Below, piece after piece: positions 1 through 9,329 of a stretch of 44,796 bases of DNA. The stretch is from contig WGEZ01000074.1 in NCBI GenBank assembly GCA_015492515.1, positions 1 to 44,796 of the forward strand, given 5' to 3'. Both the position numbers and the translations under genes were made by a program. The DNA is from Nitrospirota bacterium (lineage in GTDB: Bacteria > Nitrospirota > Thermodesulfovibrionia > Thermodesulfovibrionales > JdFR-85). The notes beneath the pieces were generated by a model, which did no database searches, was not told the DNA's origin, and was given only the letters and a program-made list of their open reading frames with translations. How positions within the stretch are numbered: the stretch's first letter is position 1; each line of letters opens with the position of its first letter.

Positions 1-50
1 GATATGCAGAAAGGGTTGCCCGCCCCCCCGGGCAACCCTTTCTGCATATC
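1..50. repeat. Perfect 22-bp inverted repeat with 6-nt C loop (hairpin)
   Basis: 1-22 gatatgcagaaagggttgcccg is the exact reverse complement of 29-50 cgggcaaccctttctgcatatc; loop cccccc. It starts at base 1 of the window. Confidence 0.9.
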
Positions 51-192
51 CCCGAAGAAGCAGCGGATGTCTCGGCTTACACGATGACCCGTCCGCCCGC
101 AGTTCATAACGATCCAGGGTCGAGGCTGTCTAAGAGGAGGGATACCGTTTCGTCATGGTGCCTGAATCGGTCCTCGAACATCTCGGGTCCGG

Positions 193-1044
193 ATGCCGCC
201 GATGAGACTGCCTGACTGGGTGAGGACGGGCAGCACCGCAGGAGGACGCGAAACAAGACGGACCCTCCGCTCCCTCGGGCTCTCCACCGTCTGTGAAGAG
301 GCGAGGTGTCCGAACAAGGGGAGGTGCTTCGAGAAACCGACGGCCACCTTCTTGATCCTCGGCGATTCCTGCACCAGGAGCTGCGGGTTCTGCTCCGTCG
401 ACTCCTCCCGACCTTCCCCACCCGATCCCTCCGAGCCCGCGAGGGTGGCCCTCGCATCGAAGGCGCTGAGGCTCAGGTACGTGGTGATCACATCCGTCAC
501 AAGGGACGACCTGCCCGACGGCGGCGCAGCCCACTTTGCCGAGACCATCACCATGGTGAGGAGCTCCCTCCCCGGGGCAAAGATCGAGGTGCTCACCCCG
601 GATTTCCAGGGTGACGAGGGGGCGCTGAGGAAGGTCCTCGATGCCTCCCCGGACGTATTCAACCACAACATCGAGACCGTTCCGCGTCTTTACCCGGTGG
701 TGAGGCCCCAGGCCGACTACAGCAGATCCCTCAGGGTGCTCAGGGCCGCCGGGGAGATCGCACCCTCCATACCGGTGAAGTCAGGGCTGATGGTCGGTCT
801 CGGAGAGACCTTCGATGAGGTGCTCTCGGTGATGAGGGAGCTGAGGTCCGCCGGCTGCGAGGTCCTGACCGTAGGACAGTACCTCCGACCGGGCAGGAGA
901 AACCTCCCCGTTGTGGAATACATCCATCCCGATCTCTTCGAGCGGTACCGTGAGGCGGCCCTCAGGATCGGCTTCACCCGCGTCGCCTCAGGCCCGCTCG
1001 TCAGGAGCTCGATGGACGCCGAGGAGATGTACACCGGAGGATAG
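193..1044 (+). CDS. lipA: Lipoyl synthase (radical SAM)
   Basis: CEEARCPNKGRC (CX4CX5C auxiliary cluster), CTRSCGFC (CX3CX2C), TSVTRDDLPDGGA, FNHNIETVPRLY, GQYLRP and C-terminal PLVRSS. Start may be the ATG at 202. Confidence 0.96.
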   Translation: MPPMRLPDWVRTGSTAGGRETRRTLRSLGLSTVCEEARCPNKGRCFEKPTATFLILGDSCTRSCGFCSVDSSRPSPPDPSEPARVALASKALRLRYVVITSVTRDDLPDGGAAHFAETITMVRSSLPGAKIEVLTPDFQGDEGALRKVLDASPDVFNHNIETVPRLYPVVRPQADYSRSLRVLRAAGEIAPSIPVKSGLMVGLGETFDEVLSVMRELRSAGCEVLTVGQYLRPGRRNLPVVEYIHPDLFERYREAALRIGFTRVASGPLVRSSMDAEEMYTGG

Positions 1045-1055
1045 AGGCTCAACAC

Positions 1056-2432
1056 CTATCCCGCGGCTATGATCTCCAGGGCCCTGTCGATCGATTCCCC
1101 GTCCTTTTCGACGATCATCCCTTCGACCGTCCTCTCCACGATCCCTGCCGAGCCCGCCACCTTCAGCCTGTCGAAGAGGACCTCGAACTTTGAGGCGAGT
1201 TCATCCATTATGGCGCCTTTGACATCCCGGGGCAGGTCCCACCATCTCTTCTTCAACGGACCGAACCCCTTCTTCCTCGTCTTGTAGATGAACTGCTCCA
1301 GGGTCTGTCCCTCCTTCCTCTCCTCACCGTAGTGCTCGATCAGGAAGTCGTAAACCTCCTGCCTGAACTCCTCCGGCAGGTGCCTGCTGTCGTAGATGAT
1401 GTTCTGAAACCCCGTGGCCAGATGTACCTCCGAGGTCCCCGTCTCGGGGAACATGTGGAAGGCCTCCTCCGGGAGCGTGGAGGCACCGTGCTGCACACAG
1501 CCCGAGAGGCCGTACTCCCTGCGGGCGATCTCCGAGAGGGTCTTCAGTGTCTGGAAGTCTATGCTCACCTCGGCGAGGCTCCCGTCGGGCAGGACGACCC
1601 CGCCGTGGCTCGTCCCTGTCTGGACGCTCAACTTGCTCAGCCCCTTGCCGCCCCGGAAGACCTCCCTGAACCCGTCCAGGTATGCCCTGAGCTCCTCGGG
1701 GGTGCTGTTCTTTCCACCGATCTCTCCGATCTCTCCACCTATCGACACCTCTATCCCCCGGGGCTGGAGCTCCCTGATGTAGGCGGCAAGTTCGGCGGTC
1801 TTGGAGAAGTTCGGCCTCTGCTGTTCCTTCACCGTCGGCCTCTCCAGGTCGACGAGGGTGGAGGAATCGATGTCTATGTTGTAGAACTCGGCGTCGACGG
1901 CCTCTGCTATGAGGCCCTTCAGATAGTTCGTCTCCGCATCGGGATCGGAGAGGAAGTGCCTCCTGACGAGCTGGAAGTGGTCTCCCTGGATGAAGACAGG
2001 ACCCTCGAAGCCCTCCGTCACCGCCGCCGAGAGTATCACCGCCGAGTACTCGAGGGGCCTCTGCGCCGTGTATCCTATCTCGGACCGGGCGATCTCGAAT
2101 ATGAAGGCCCCCACATCCATCTCGATGGCCTTTCTGAAGACCGTCCTCGCGACATCATAGGTGAGCCCCCTGATATTTATGGCAGGGACGGTGAACCCGG
2201 GATAGCTCCTGCCCATCTCCTCGTAAAGGCCCTGTATGGAGGCGGGCACCGCACCGGAGGCCTTTGCGATCTCCTTTATGAGGATGAAGAGGTCCCTCCT
2301 CCTTTCCTCGGAAGGGTCGAAGACGGCCGAATATACGAGGCCGCCCATGATCGACTTCAGGCCCTCACGGTCCTTCACGGTGACTCTGCCGTCACTTACA
2401 TCGACGTAATCCCTCAACCTGCCGAGTGACAT
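1056..2432 (-). CDS. Class II fructose-bisphosphate aldolase family protein
   Basis: VPAINIR, QGDHFQ, IDIDSS, GEIGEIGG, GTSHGG and QHGAS metal-ligand motifs; aggagg RBS upstream. Exact substrate uncertain. Confidence 0.85.
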   Translation of the reverse strand: MSLGRLRDYVDVSDGRVTVKDREGLKSIMGGLVYSAVFDPSEERRRDLFILIKEIAKASGAVPASIQGLYEEMGRSYPGFTVPAINIRGLTYDVARTVFRKAIEMDVGAFIFEIARSEIGYTAQRPLEYSAVILSAAVTEGFEGPVFIQGDHFQLVRRHFLSDPDAETNYLKGLIAEAVDAEFYNIDIDSSTLVDLERPTVKEQQRPNFSKTAELAAYIRELQPRGIEVSIGGEIGEIGGKNSTPEELRAYLDGFREVFRGGKGLSKLSVQTGTSHGGVVLPDGSLAEVSIDFQTLKTLSEIARREYGLSGCVQHGASTLPEEAFHMFPETGTSEVHLATGFQNIIYDSRHLPEEFRQEVYDFLIEHYGEERKEGQTLEQFIYKTRKKGFGPLKKRWWDLPRDVKGAIMDELASKFEVLFDRLKVAGSAGIVERTVEGMIVEKDGESIDRALEIIAAG

Positions 2433-2511
2433 AGAACCTCCTCCTGGTGGTCGTTGTCTGCTGCCGTCCCTCTATTTTAAGGTTTATCAGCAGGATAATC
2501 AAGGACCGGCA

Positions 2512-2540
2512 TTGACTGTTGTCTCACCATCTGGTAAACT
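2512..2540 (+). promoter_or_regulatory. Putative sigma70 promoter of the amidase/actin/SPOR operon
   Basis: TTGACT (2512-2517), 17-nt spacer ending in TGG, TAAACT (2535-2540), in the divergent intergenic region. Confidence 0.6.
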
Positions 2541-2566
2541 AATGACTGTCCAGAGGCAGGTGATAT

Positions 2567-3634
2567 GTGACTTTTGCAAGACCGTGCAGAAGGGAAGCGA
2601 GGCTGCGGAAGGCGATCCTGAGGGGCATCTACGAGGAAAACCTGAGGATGGCCGGAGGTCGCCGCAGCGAGAAGGGGATCGGAAAGGCCCTCCTGCTCAG
2701 GAAGATCGCGCTCGCCCTCTTCGTCGCCCTTGCCGCCGTATTCGGCAGTTCCAGCCTCCTCGACCTCTCCGTGGTCCAGGAAGACCACATAAACCTCGCC
2801 GGCTCCTTGGTCAACACCCTGACGGACGGCGCAGAGACCACGGATGCTGACGGTGGCATCAACCCCTCCTACTACTCCGCCTTCCTCAGGGACGACGGTA
2901 CGCCCCTGTCCGAGCTCTTCGGTCTCAAGGTGAGGACGATCATCATCGACCCCGGCCACGGGGGCGAGGACCCGGGAGCGGTCGGAAGGCTGGGGACGAA
3001 GGAGAAGGACATAACCCTGGCGATCGCACGGATGCTCAAGGAGAGGCTCTCCAGGTACGACAACTACCAGATCCTCCTGACCAGGGACGACGACAGGACC
3101 CTCTCCCTGAACAGGAGGACCGAGATCGCCAACTCCCTCAAGGCAGACCTCTTCATCTCGATCCATGTGAACTACCTGCCCAACAAGCCGATAAACATCA
3201 TCGAGACCTACTACTTCGGGGCCCATTCCGACGACGCGACACTCAGGCTCGCTGAACAGGAGAACAAGGGCTCCCAGTTCAGCCTCGGCGACTTCAAGGA
3301 GATGATCCGGAAGATCGGCAACACGATGAAGCTGCAGGAGTCGAAGATGCTCGCCCTCTCGATCCAGGAGAGCCTCTTCAGGAACATGGAGGAGCTCCAC
3401 GGCAATGTATTCGACTACGGAATAAAGACCGCTCCCTTCGTGGTCCTCCTCGGGGTGGATGTGCCGAGCGTGTTGACGGAGGTATCGTGCCTGAGCAACC
3501 CGGAGGAGGAGAAGAAGCTGGCCACCGTTGAGTACAGGAGGGAGATCGCCCGCTTCCTCGAGGAGGGGATAGTGGCCTACCTGAATAAACAAAAAGGAGT
3601 AACGGGATATGAAACAGCAAGGCTTCAGCACTGA
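2567..3634 (+). CDS. N-acetylmuramoyl-L-alanine amidase (Amidase_3) with N-terminal membrane anchor
   Basis: IIIDPGHGGEDPGA, TKEKD, LTRDDD, R..IAN..ADLFISIH, APFVVL and PSVLTE Zn/catalytic motifs; hydrophobic IALALFVALAAVFG segment. Start is either GTG 2567 or ATG 2648. Confidence 0.92.
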   Translation: MTFARPCRREARLRKAILRGIYEENLRMAGGRRSEKGIGKALLLRKIALALFVALAAVFGSSSLLDLSVVQEDHINLAGSLVNTLTDGAETTDADGGINPSYYSAFLRDDGTPLSELFGLKVRTIIIDPGHGGEDPGAVGRLGTKEKDITLAIARMLKERLSRYDNYQILLTRDDDRTLSLNRRTEIANSLKADLFISIHVNYLPNKPINIIETYYFGAHSDDATLRLAEQENKGSQFSLGDFKEMIRKIGNTMKLQESKMLALSIQESLFRNMEELHGNVFDYGIKTAPFVVLLGVDVPSVLTEVSCLSNPEEEKKLATVEYRREIARFLEEGIVAYLNKQKGVTGYETARLQH

Positions 3635-4646
3635 CGCCGACGTCCTCTTCGTCGGCATCGACCTCGGGACATCGAGAAGCGCCATCTCGACGAGCAGGGG
3701 GCGGAAGGAGTGGATCGAGAGCTATGTGGGCTGGCCGAAGGACTTCATCGCCCGCAAGGTGCTCGGCAGGCCCGTCCTGTTCGGTGAGGAGGCGCTGAAC
3801 AACAGGCTCTCCCTCGACATCTACAGGCCCCTGGAGAAGGGTGTGATAAAGGAGGGGACCGCGAGGGATGAAGAATCGGTCAGGGAGCTCATCCGTCACC
3901 TCATCGAACTCGCTGCACCTGGTGAGGCACAGAAGATCTACGCCGTGGTAGGCGTGCCGGCGGAGTCGATGAAGATAAACAAGCTCGCCATAAAGAGGGC
4001 GGTATCGGACTACGTGCATTCCCTCATGGTCGTCTCCGAGCCTTTCGCCGTCGCCTACGGGATGGACCTGCTCAACAACGCGCTCGTCATCGATATAGGT
4101 GCAGGCACGGTGGACTTCTGCATAATGCACGGCACCATCCCCACCGAGGACGACCAGAAGACCATCTTCACCGCCGGAGACTACATCGACCAGCAGCTGT
4201 ACGGGTTCCTGGTCGAGAAGCACCCCGAATCGAACCTCAACCTGAACATGGTCAGGAGGTTCAAGGAGAAGTACAGCTTTGTCGGTGACGGGGGCGGCCC
4301 GGTAAGGGTGGAGATACCCGTGGGTGCCAGGCCGGTGGAGCATGACATAACGGAGGATATGAGGCGCGCCTGTGAGGGGATAGTACCGGCCATAGTGGAG
4401 ACCTCCACGGAGATGGTGGCCAAGGTGGACCCTGAATTCCAGGCAGGGATAAGGGAGAACGTGGTCCTCGCCGGAGGGGGCAGCCAGATAAGGGGGATCT
4501 GCGGATACCTCGAGAAGGCATTGAGTGAGTACGGACCTTACAGGGTGCGGGCAGTCGATGATCCGCTCTTCGCCGGGGCGGACGGGGCCCTTGCACTTGC
4601 AAAGGATATGCCGAGGGAATACTGGGAGGAGATGGAAGGGAAATAG
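3609..4646 (+). CDS. mamK: MamK-like bacterial actin
   Basis: Actin-fold motifs GIDLGTS, VVSEPFAVAYG, DIGAGTVD and VLAGGGSQIRG. Segments I recall as MamK-type rather than MreB-type: SRGRK..S.VG.PKD....K.LGRP...G.EA, AV.GVPA, G..P..DDQ.T...AG.YID, F.EKYSFVG, and C-terminal LA.D.P..YW. The symbol denotes the family, not proven magnetosome function. Confidence 0.85.
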   Translation: MKQQGFSTDADVLFVGIDLGTSRSAISTSRGRKEWIESYVGWPKDFIARKVLGRPVLFGEEALNNRLSLDIYRPLEKGVIKEGTARDEESVRELIRHLIELAAPGEAQKIYAVVGVPAESMKINKLAIKRAVSDYVHSLMVVSEPFAVAYGMDLLNNALVIDIGAGTVDFCIMHGTIPTEDDQKTIFTAGDYIDQQLYGFLVEKHPESNLNLNMVRRFKEKYSFVGDGGGPVRVEIPVGARPVEHDITEDMRRACEGIVPAIVETSTEMVAKVDPEFQAGIRENVVLAGGGSQIRGICGYLEKALSEYGPYRVRAVDDPLFAGADGALALAKDMPREYWEEMEGK

Positions 4647-4651
4647 CCCCC

Positions 4652-5818
4652 ATGCGGAACAAGAACATCCTCGTCATCGACGAAGATACGGAGACCCTGA
4701 GGCTCGTAAGCGAGGTCCTCGAGCACGAGGGTCTCGCCGTATTCGTGGTCACCGATTCCGAGAACACCTTACCGATGATCGAGAAGATAGAGCCCGCGCT
4801 GATACTCGTTGAGACGAACCTCTCCGGCATGAGCGGCCTCCGCCTCTGCCAGGATATACACCGTGTGGAGGGGTTCCGAAACATCCCGATCATCCTCCTC
4901 ACCCGGGAGGAGAGGAGATACGACCCGGGATACGCCGCTGACTACGGGGTAGTGGGCTTTATCAGGAAACCAATCGTCGCCGAAGAGCTCCTCTCGAAGG
5001 TGAGGGACGTCCTCACCACCGAGGAGTCGGTGATGGTCGACTTCTCGAGGTTCGAGGATGTCCTCCTCTCAAAGGTGAACGAGATCTTCAGGGAGAGACC
5101 GCCTGAGAGGCCCGGAGGCACCGCTGAAGAGCCGCACGAGGCCGCCGTCACGGAGGATGCACCCGCCGACGACAGCGGGGGAGACGTCGTCGCTGAGGGT
5201 GCACCGGTGGACGCCGCGGTCTCAGGCGCTGAAAGCGCGGAGACGGGGGGCGAAGGGGAGAGGCCCCGTCCGCCGAGGAGGAGGTACAGAAAGAGGAGGA
5301 AGACGAGCCCCCTCCTTGCAGCCCTCGGAGGCGGGGTCCTGCTGCTGCTCATCGTCTCTGCAATCTATCTGAAGACCGGTAAGGAAGGCCCCACCGCTCC
5401 TGATGAGACCGCGGTAATGAAGACGGAGCAGAGCGTTCAGGCCGGGGAGACCCTGGAGCGGGGCGATACAGAGGTGTCGACCATCCAGCCCCAGGAGGAG
5501 GAGACCCTGGAGGAGACGGAGTCTTCCGTCGAAGAGGTCGCGGAGGATGCTCCGCCGCCGGAGGAGCCGGTCACGCCTGAACCGCCTCTCCTCTCCATTC
5601 AGGTGGGGGCGTTCAGGAACCCGGCGAATGCAGAGACCATGAAGCAGAGGCTCGAGTCGAAGGGGTACAGGGCCGGCGTCTATCCCTCCGGGGGGGCAGA
5701 GGAAGGGGTGATCTACAGGGTCCTGATCGGGAGGTTCGACACCAGGGAAGAGGCCCTCAGGAGGCTCAGGGAGATCAAGGAGGCCGAGGGGATCGAGGCG
5801 GTCCTCTTCAGGAGATAG
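4652..5818 (+). CDS. Atypical receiver domain, acidic linker, TM helix and SPOR domain protein
   Basis: N-terminal REC fold (ILVIDED, ILVETNLSGMSG, PIILLT, FIRKP); basic RRRYRKRRK before TM LLAALGGGVLLLLIVSAIYL; C-terminal SPOR motifs IQVGAFRN..NA and YRVLIGRFDTREEA. Confidence 0.88.
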   Translation: MRNKNILVIDEDTETLRLVSEVLEHEGLAVFVVTDSENTLPMIEKIEPALILVETNLSGMSGLRLCQDIHRVEGFRNIPIILLTREERRYDPGYAADYGVVGFIRKPIVAEELLSKVRDVLTTEESVMVDFSRFEDVLLSKVNEIFRERPPERPGGTAEEPHEAAVTEDAPADDSGGDVVAEGAPVDAAVSGAESAETGGEGERPRPPRRRYRKRRKTSPLLAALGGGVLLLLIVSAIYLKTGKEGPTAPDETAVMKTEQSVQAGETLERGDTEVSTIQPQEEETLEETESSVEEVAEDAPPPEEPVTPEPPLLSIQVGAFRNPANAETMKQRLESKGYRAGVYPSGGAEEGVIYRVLIGRFDTREEALRRLREIKEAEGIEAVLFRR

Positions 5819-6005
5819 AGTGGCCGCTTCAGCACACGCCGGTGCCAGGGAATGGCAAAAAAAACCCCCGCTGTTATAAAATAAGTTATCACCGGGAGGC
5901 AAGACTGCCTGTTGTACGCAATACCGCTGTAGTATGCTATCACGAAAGGCCCCTTGACTCAGAGGGAATCGTTTCAGTTTTAATCAGTGTGAGAACGGAG
6001 GTGGT

Positions 6006-6884
6006 ATGAGTTCGGTGACAAAGGCGTTACTTCCCGCTGCAGGGCTTGGAACGAGGTTCCTGCCGGCTACGAAGGCGTCCCCGAAGGAGATGCTGCCCAT
6101 CGTGGACAAGCCGATGATACAGTACGCCGTCGAAGAGGCCGAGTCGTGCGGGATAAACGAGTTCATCGTCATCACGGGAAGGCACAAGAGGACCCTGGAG
6201 GACCACTTCGACACGGTGTACGAGCTTGAGGAGGACCTGAAACAGAAGGGCAAGGAGAAGCTGCTGGAGGAGATCAACAGGCTCAGCCATCTCAACTTCG
6301 CCTACATCCGGCAGGGCAGGCCCCTCGGTCTGGGCCACGCCATACTGAGGGCGAGGCCCTTCGTCAAGGACGAGCCCTTTGCAGTGCTGCTGAGCGACGA
6401 CATAATAGATCCGGACGAGAACCTCCTTGAGCGGATGATCGGTCTGTACGAGGAGTTCCGCTCGCCCATCGTGGCCCTCGAGGAGGTGCCCGCTGAGGAG
6501 ATACACCGCTACGGTGTGATAGCCGGCGCAGAGGAGAGGCCCGATCTGTACAGGTTCACCGACCTCGTGGAGAAGCCGGACCCCGAGGAGGCGCCGAGCA
6601 ACCTTGCGATCATAGGGAGATACATCCTCACTCCGGAACTGTTCGACATCCTGGAGGAGATGGAGCCCGGCAAGGGCGGGGAGTACCAGCTCACCGACGC
6701 CCTGAGGGAGCTGCTCAAGGTGAGGCCCGTCTACGGCGTCGTATTCCGGGGAAAGAGGTACGACGCCGGTGACAAGTTCGGGTTCCTGAAGGCGACGGTG
6801 GACCTGGCACTGAGGAGTTCCACGGTCTCGGAGAAGTTCAGGGAATACCTGGTCAATGTCGCGGCCCGACTGAACAGGAACTGA
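6006..6884 (+). CDS. galU: UTP--glucose-1-phosphate uridylyltransferase
   Basis: PAAGLGTRFLPATKASPKEMLPIVDKP, LGLGHA, VEKP, GEYQLTDA; ggagg RBS. Confidence 0.97.
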   Translation: MSSVTKALLPAAGLGTRFLPATKASPKEMLPIVDKPMIQYAVEEAESCGINEFIVITGRHKRTLEDHFDTVYELEEDLKQKGKEKLLEEINRLSHLNFAYIRQGRPLGLGHAILRARPFVKDEPFAVLLSDDIIDPDENLLERMIGLYEEFRSPIVALEEVPAEEIHRYGVIAGAEERPDLYRFTDLVEKPDPEEAPSNLAIIGRYILTPELFDILEEMEPGKGGEYQLTDALRELLKVRPVYGVVFRGKRYDAGDKFGFLKATVDLALRSSTVSEKFREYLVNVAARLNRN

Positions 6885-6950
6885 ACCCCTTCCCCGAGAG
6901 ACCGGACGGACGACGATGAAAGAGGAAAGGACGGCGTAGAGGAACAGAAA

Positions 6951-9329
6951 ATGGCAGACCTCGTAAAGGACGAGAAGGAGATAGAGATACCCGATACCCT
7001 GCCGGTATTGCCGGTGAGGGATATCGTCGTATTCCCCTACATGATCATCCCCCTCTTCGTGGGAAGGGAGATGTCCATAAAGTCCATCGACCACTCCCTC
7101 AACACGAACAGGCTGGTGCTGCTGCTGACGCAGAAGGACCTGAGCATCGAGAACCCCACACCCGAGGACCTGCACAGGGTCGGAACGGTGGGTCTGATTA
7201 TGAGGATACTCAAGCTCCCCGACGGCAGGGTGAAGATCCTCGTGCAGGGTGTCGCAAAGGCGAGGGCTGAGGAGATCAAGGTGAAGGACTACTTCGAGGC
7301 CTCCGTCAGGAAGATCGAGGACAAGAAACCATCGGAGATGACCATCGAGGTGGAGGCGTTGATGCGGACGGTGAAGGAGCACCTCGACAAGGCGGTCTCC
7401 CTTGGCAAGACCATACTACCAGACATCATGGTGGTCATCGAGAACCTGGACGACCCCGGAAGGCTGGCAGACCTCGTGGCCTCGAACCTCGGTCTGAAGA
7501 CCGAGCAGGCACAGGAGATACTCGAGATCGAAGACCCTGTGCAGAGGCTCGCCAGGATCAGCGAGATCCTGAGCAGGGAGATCGAGCTCCTCCTGGTGCA
7601 GCAGAAGATCCAGACCGAGGCGAAGGGAGAGATAGACAAGACCCAGAGGGAGTACTTCCTCAGGGAGCAGCTCAAGGCTATACAGCGGGAGCTCGGCGAG
7701 ATCGACGAGCGGGCGGAGGAGATCAACGAGTTCAGGAAGAAGATAGAGGCCGCCAGGATGCCGGAGAAGGTGAAGAAGGAGGCGGAGAAGCAGCTGAGGA
7801 GGCTGGAGAAGATGCATCCCGACAGCGCCGAGGCAGCGACTGTGAGGACCTACCTGGACTGGCTCGTGGAACTGCCCTGGAGCAGAGCGACGAGGGACCG
7901 CGTTGACATCAAGGCCGCAAAGAAGGTGCTCGACGAAGACCACTACGACCTCGAGAAGGTGAAGGAGAGGATACTGGAGTACCTGAGTGTGAGGAAGCTC
8001 AAGGCCAGGATGAAGGGGCCGATCCTCTGCTTCATCGGACCGCCGGGGGTGGGGAAGACCTCCCTCGGGCGCTCCATTGCAAGGAGCCTCGGCAGGGAGT
8101 TCGTGAGGATGTCCCTCGGCGGCGTGAGGGACGAGGCGGAGATCAGGGGACACAGGCGCACCTACGTGGGCGCGCTGCCGGGACGGATAATACAGGGGAT
8201 CAAGCAGGCCGGCACGAACAACCCCGTCTTCATGCTCGACGAGATCGACAAGATAGGGATGGACTTCAGGGGCGATCCTTCTTCGGCGCTCCTGGAGGTC
8301 CTTGACCCTGAGCAGAACAACGCCTTCGTCGACCACTACCTCGGCGTACCCTTCGACCTCTCGAACGTGATGTTCATAACCACGGGAAACATGGTGGACA
8401 CCATCCCGGGACCCCTCAAGGACAGGATGGAGATCATCTACCTGAGCGGCTACACCGAGGAGGAAAAGCTGGGCATCGCCCGCAACTACCTCCTGCCGAA
8501 GCAGCTCAAGGAGCACGGGATCACGGAAAAGATACTCACCGTAACCGACTCGGGCCTGAAGCTCCTCATCTCCCACTACACGCGCGAGGCGGGGGTGAGA
8601 AACCTCGAGAGGGAGATAGCCAACCTCTGCAGGAAGGTGGCCAAGCAGATCGCCGAGGGTAAGAAGAAGCGGTTCGTCATAACGGCAAGGAACCTCCACC
8701 GATACCTCGGTGCACCGAAGTACCTGCCCGAGGAGGAGATGGAGAAGGACGAGACGGGCGTCTCCACAGGACTCGCCTGGACCGAGTCAGGCGGTGACAT
8801 CATCTACGTCGAGGCGACGACGATGAAGGGAAGGGGCAACCTCACCCTCACCGGCCAGCTCGGAGAGGTGATGAAGGAGTCGGCCCAGGCAGCCCTCAGC
8901 TACATACGCTCGAGGGCCAGACAGCTCGGGATCAAGGTGGACACCTTCTCAAAGACCGACATCCATATCCATGTCCCCGCCGGTGCTATCCCGAAGGACG
9001 GTCCCTCCGCGGGCATCACCATGGCCGTGTCCATCGCCTCCGCCCTTACGGGCAGGCCTGTGGACAAGAGGGTGGCCATGACCGGAGAGGTGACCCTCAG
9101 GGGGAGGGTCCTGCCCGTCGGCGGGTTGAAGGAGAAGATACTCGCCGCCAAAAGGATGGGCATACACAGGATCATCCTGCCGAAGAGGAACGAGAAGGAC
9201 CTCGAGGATATCCCGAAGTACGTCAAGAAGAACGTGGAGTTCATCTTCGTGGACAGGATGGACGAGGTGCTGAAGGTCGCCTTGAAGCCCAAGAGGAAGA
9301 CGGGCCACAGAAAAAACAAGAAAAAATAG
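6951..9329 (+). CDS. lon: ATP-dependent protease La
   Basis: LON N-domain, Walker [23 protein letters not shown], catalytic PKDGPSAG and GGLKEK. Confidence 0.98.
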   Translation: MADLVKDEKEIEIPDTLPVLPVRDIVVFPYMIIPLFVGREMSIKSIDHSLNTNRLVLLLTQKDLSIENPTPEDLHRVGTVGLIMRILKLPDGRVKILVQGVAKARAEEIKVKDYFEASVRKIEDKKPSEMTIEVEALMRTVKEHLDKAVSLGKTILPDIMVVIENLDDPGRLADLVASNLGLKTEQAQEILEIEDPVQRLARISEILSREIELLLVQQKIQTEAKGEIDKTQREYFLREQLKAIQRELGEIDERAEEINEFRKKIEAARMPEKVKKEAEKQLRRLEKMHPDSAEAATVRTYLDWLVELPWSRATRDRVDIKAAKKVLDEDHYDLEKVKERILEYLSVRKLKARMKGPILCFIGPPGVGKTSLGRSIARSLGREFVRMSLGGVRDEAEIRGHRRTYVGALPGRIIQGIKQAGTNNPVFMLDEIDKIGMDFRGDPSSALLEVLDPEQNNAFVDHYLGVPFDLSNVMFITTGNMVDTIPGPLKDRMEIIYLSGYTEEEKLGIARNYLLPKQLKEHGITEKILTVTDSGLKLLISHYTREAGVRNLEREIANLCRKVAKQIAEGKKKRFVITARNLHRYLGAPKYLPEEEMEKDETGVSTGLAWTESGGDIIYVEATTMKGRGNLTLTGQLGEVMKESAQAALSYIRSRARQLGIKVDTFSKTDIHIHVPAGAIPKDGPSAGITMAVSIASALTGRPVDKRVAMTGEVTLRGRVLPVGGLKEKILAAKRMGIHRIILPKRNEKDLEDIPKYVKKNVEFIFVDRMDEVLKVALKPKRKTGHRKNKKK

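Noticed and set aside
1332-2429. Long antisense ORFs here and elsewhere (e.g. 2477-3685, 6027-7382, 7416-8699, 8949-10421, 12821-14071, 30252-31946, 36421-37749)
   Set aside because: Shadow frames of well-supported genes on the opposite strand; expected from high GC and codon bias, with no recognisable motifs.
3609-4646. Calling the actin MreB, or calling the region a magnetosome island
   Set aside because: It lacks MreB-type signatures and mreCD context. No other mam or mad gene is identifiable in the window, so magnetotaxis cannot be claimed.
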